Shown: piece after piece, positions 61,818-64,000 of the stretch
How the letters are laid out: each line of letters opens with the position of its first letter
Numbering within the stretch: position 1 is the stretch's first letter
Assembly: GCA_973895155.1 (NCBI GenBank)
Contig: OZ316893.1
Coordinates: forward strand, 12,726,359 to 12,790,358
Length of the DNA: 64,000 nt
Origin: Marsupella aquatica
Lineage: Eukaryota > Plantae > Marchantiophyta
Direction of reading: 5' to 3'
Program-made: the position numbers and the translations under genes
The notes under the pieces: generated by a model
The model's database searches: none
What the model saw: only the letters and a program-made list of their open reading frames with translations
Told to the model about the DNA's origin: nothing

Positions 61818-63999
61818 ATACCACTCCGATTATCCAACGATATGACGCTAGGTTTAAACCTAGTCCTCTCATAAGCAGGGCGCGCTGGTAAATCTATCAA
61901 CCTTGCCGCTGCTGCATGCCATGTTTCATTACTGGCAATAGGTGGATTCAACTCCACTACTTCAGAATTGGGCGTTGCTTCTACATGTGAAGCAACAGCT
62001 GGAGTGTCCTCACATAATGTGGCCGCCAATCTGAACACCTCTGCTGGACTAACTCCCAATGTCAACATATCCGTAGCTGAAAATAATGGCGTGCGCACTA
62101 TAGTAGTGGCCGCCCCCAACAAGGTACTTGTCATCCCTGTCACAACATCACTTGATTCCGCCAACTTACCCCCACCTGGGTTAGTCCGAACCGGATTCAT
62201 AGAGGTAGTTTGAATTGCCTCTAACAATGTAAATGATTGGGGAAACTTCGTTTGACGATGAATATCCCCTCTCTGAGGATCCAACTCTACCACTGCTCCT
62301 CGTGGCTCAAGGGCTTTAACTGCTCCTCGAGTCAAAGCTGCTGATGCATCAACATGCGCAGTGCCACACATAAATCCCATGGTGGCAAGATCTCCATCAG
62401 CTCCATAAGAGGTTGAAGCTCCATAGGATGTAGAAGCCCCATCACTAGCAGTAGGTCTAACTTGAGAACTAGCCATTGCAGCTAGTTGTTGCTCCAATTG
62501 AGCAATCTTTGCATCCTTAGGATCTGTGGTAACGGTAGGAGCAACATCACCTCCCTGTCTTCCTGCATGTGGCATGCCTTGACCATGTCCACCACCTCTA
62601 CCTCCTCTTCCCTGATCATACGCACGTGGTCCTCCCCGTCGTAGTTCAGGATGAAGTACAAAACATCTATCTTTGGTGTGTCCAGAAACTCCACAATGAT
62701 CACACTGTCGTTGATCAGGTGTAGATGCCCCTCCTTGCCCCCTATTATCTGGGCAATATCTTTGTGCATGATCCCCACCACAAGTCCAACATCCTGATCG
62801 TTGTCCAGCATAAGAAGGCACAGGTCTCTGACTAGTAGATTCCCGTGTTGTAGGCTTCTCTCTCTGGCTCTTACGTGCAGTAGGTTGCGGTGTGGGCGTC
62901 GATGCAACCTTTGGTGCTTCCTTAGCAAATCCAGAAGTCACCACCTTCTCATTCACCATATTGAGCTCAATGCGCTCAGCAAGTGCAAAAACTATAGCCA
63001 ATGTGGGATCTGAATCCCTCAATAGAGTGGCATCTCTCACTCTATGACGCAACTCCCTATCGAGAATTGCATACCAAAATTGGACCGCTTGGGCCTCTGT
63101 CACTCCTTGTGTGACCATAATCAATCTTCGCATACGAGTGTATGCCTCACGTAGGCTCTCTCCAGTCTTGCGCTGGAACTCCTGAAGACCCTTCAACTTA
63201 TCGGTTCTCACACCCTGGTAGTTCTGCTTCAATACTTCGAAGAACTTCATCATAGGGTTAAATGTTGGCGCAGCTCCACTCCCAGCCACAATCACACCGG
63301 TAGGAGTAGCGGTGGATGCTGATGGAGTGCCACTCTGGCTAGTGCTGCTAGAAGAAGCCGCAGCTGTAGCAATGGGTTGGGCAACCGCACTTGTGCCATA
63401 AGTGATGGACACATAGTTTGGTGACCAATGCTGTCTCCATGCCTCAATATCCACTAAATGAGCCTTTCGAAACTCATGGTAGTCATCCATGGGTGGCCCC
63501 TCCAACTCGGGGGTCTCACTCTATGGGGACCTCCCCATCACCTGCGACGTTTTTAGGCCTTGGATGCCCTAAAATGTAAGAAAAAAATATTATTTTTTAA
63601 CCCCTATAAAGTTGGAATATTCTTGGAATATTCCAAAAATTGGATTGAAAAGGCCCTAATATTCTTATAAGTCTCAAAATTGAATTTAAAAGACCCTATT
63701 GTTCTTCTACAAAAATTCTTAAGTCTTCCCTTACAACCAATAAAATGACCCTATCCTTCGTCGCACGTGATATGCCATTTTTGTGGAAGTGAAACCCCCG
63801 AGCCCTCCAAATGCTGAAACAACCCTTTCCAAGCCATGAAAGGTGTGAACAATGTGGCATTACGCATTGTCTGCATATCACACCACGTATCAAACTCTTG
63901 GATGAAATCATCCAAATCAATCGTGCCAACTGCACCAGAGTATCTCCTCGGTCCTTTCGTGGCCCCATACATCTCTTCCATATCCCACAACAATGGCAC
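61818..63999 (-). CDS. gag: gypsy Gag (interrupted by MITE 63506-63802)
   Basis: YSGAVGTIDLDDFIQEFDTWC, FQRKTGESLREAYTR and two CCHC knuckles (CWTCGGDHAQRYC, CDHCGVSGHTKDRC). In frame with the protease across the P-like insertion. Confidence 0.88.
63506..63802. mobile_element. MITE, CTCGGGGG-TIR family, 8-bp TSD
   Basis: 15-bp TIR CTCGGGGGT(C/T)TCACT. Perfect TSD CCCTCCAA at 63498-63505 and 63803-63810. Removal restores the gag frame. Confidence 0.92.
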
Positions 64000-64000
64000 A

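Larger units (their letters stand above)
27970..64000 (-). mobile_element. Ty3/gypsy LTR retrotransposon encoding a DNMT3-like methyltransferase and a C-terminal PHD finger; split by nested insertions; 5' end outside the window
   Basis: Removing 33319-61817 plus one TSD rejoins gag to protease in frame (LDNRSGIFRLVGP). Removing 63506-63802 plus one TSD rejoins gag (FQHLEGPPMDD). Order is PR-RT-RH-INT. Confidence 0.92.

Overview
Eukaryotic, plant-type genomic DNA (GT-AG introns; probably a non-seed land plant, which is inference). There is one host gene, a 12-exon full-size ABCB transporter on the minus strand (6001-13822) with a frameshift in NBD2. The rest is mostly transposons: a decayed L1-type LINE 3' end, Helitron-like repeats, three related ~280-300-bp MITEs with 8-bp TSDs, and a very young Ty1/copia element (19424-26027). 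The main structure is a four-level nest. (1) A minus-strand Ty3/gypsy element encodes a polyprotein GAG-PR-[DNMT3-like cytosine methyltransferase]-RT-RNaseH-INT-PHD. (2) It is split by a 28.5-kb DNA transposon (33319-61817; CCCTGGGCCC TIRs, 8-bp TSD) with a P-element-like transposase. (3) That element hosts a 17.9-kb CACTA (37089-54998) carrying intronless cargo ORFs: EDM2-like PHD fingers, tandem BRCT, F-box and a Cys/His orphan. (4) The CACTA hosts a 692-bp deletion derivative of the P-like element. Protein family calls rest on motifs recognised by eye; no searches were run.
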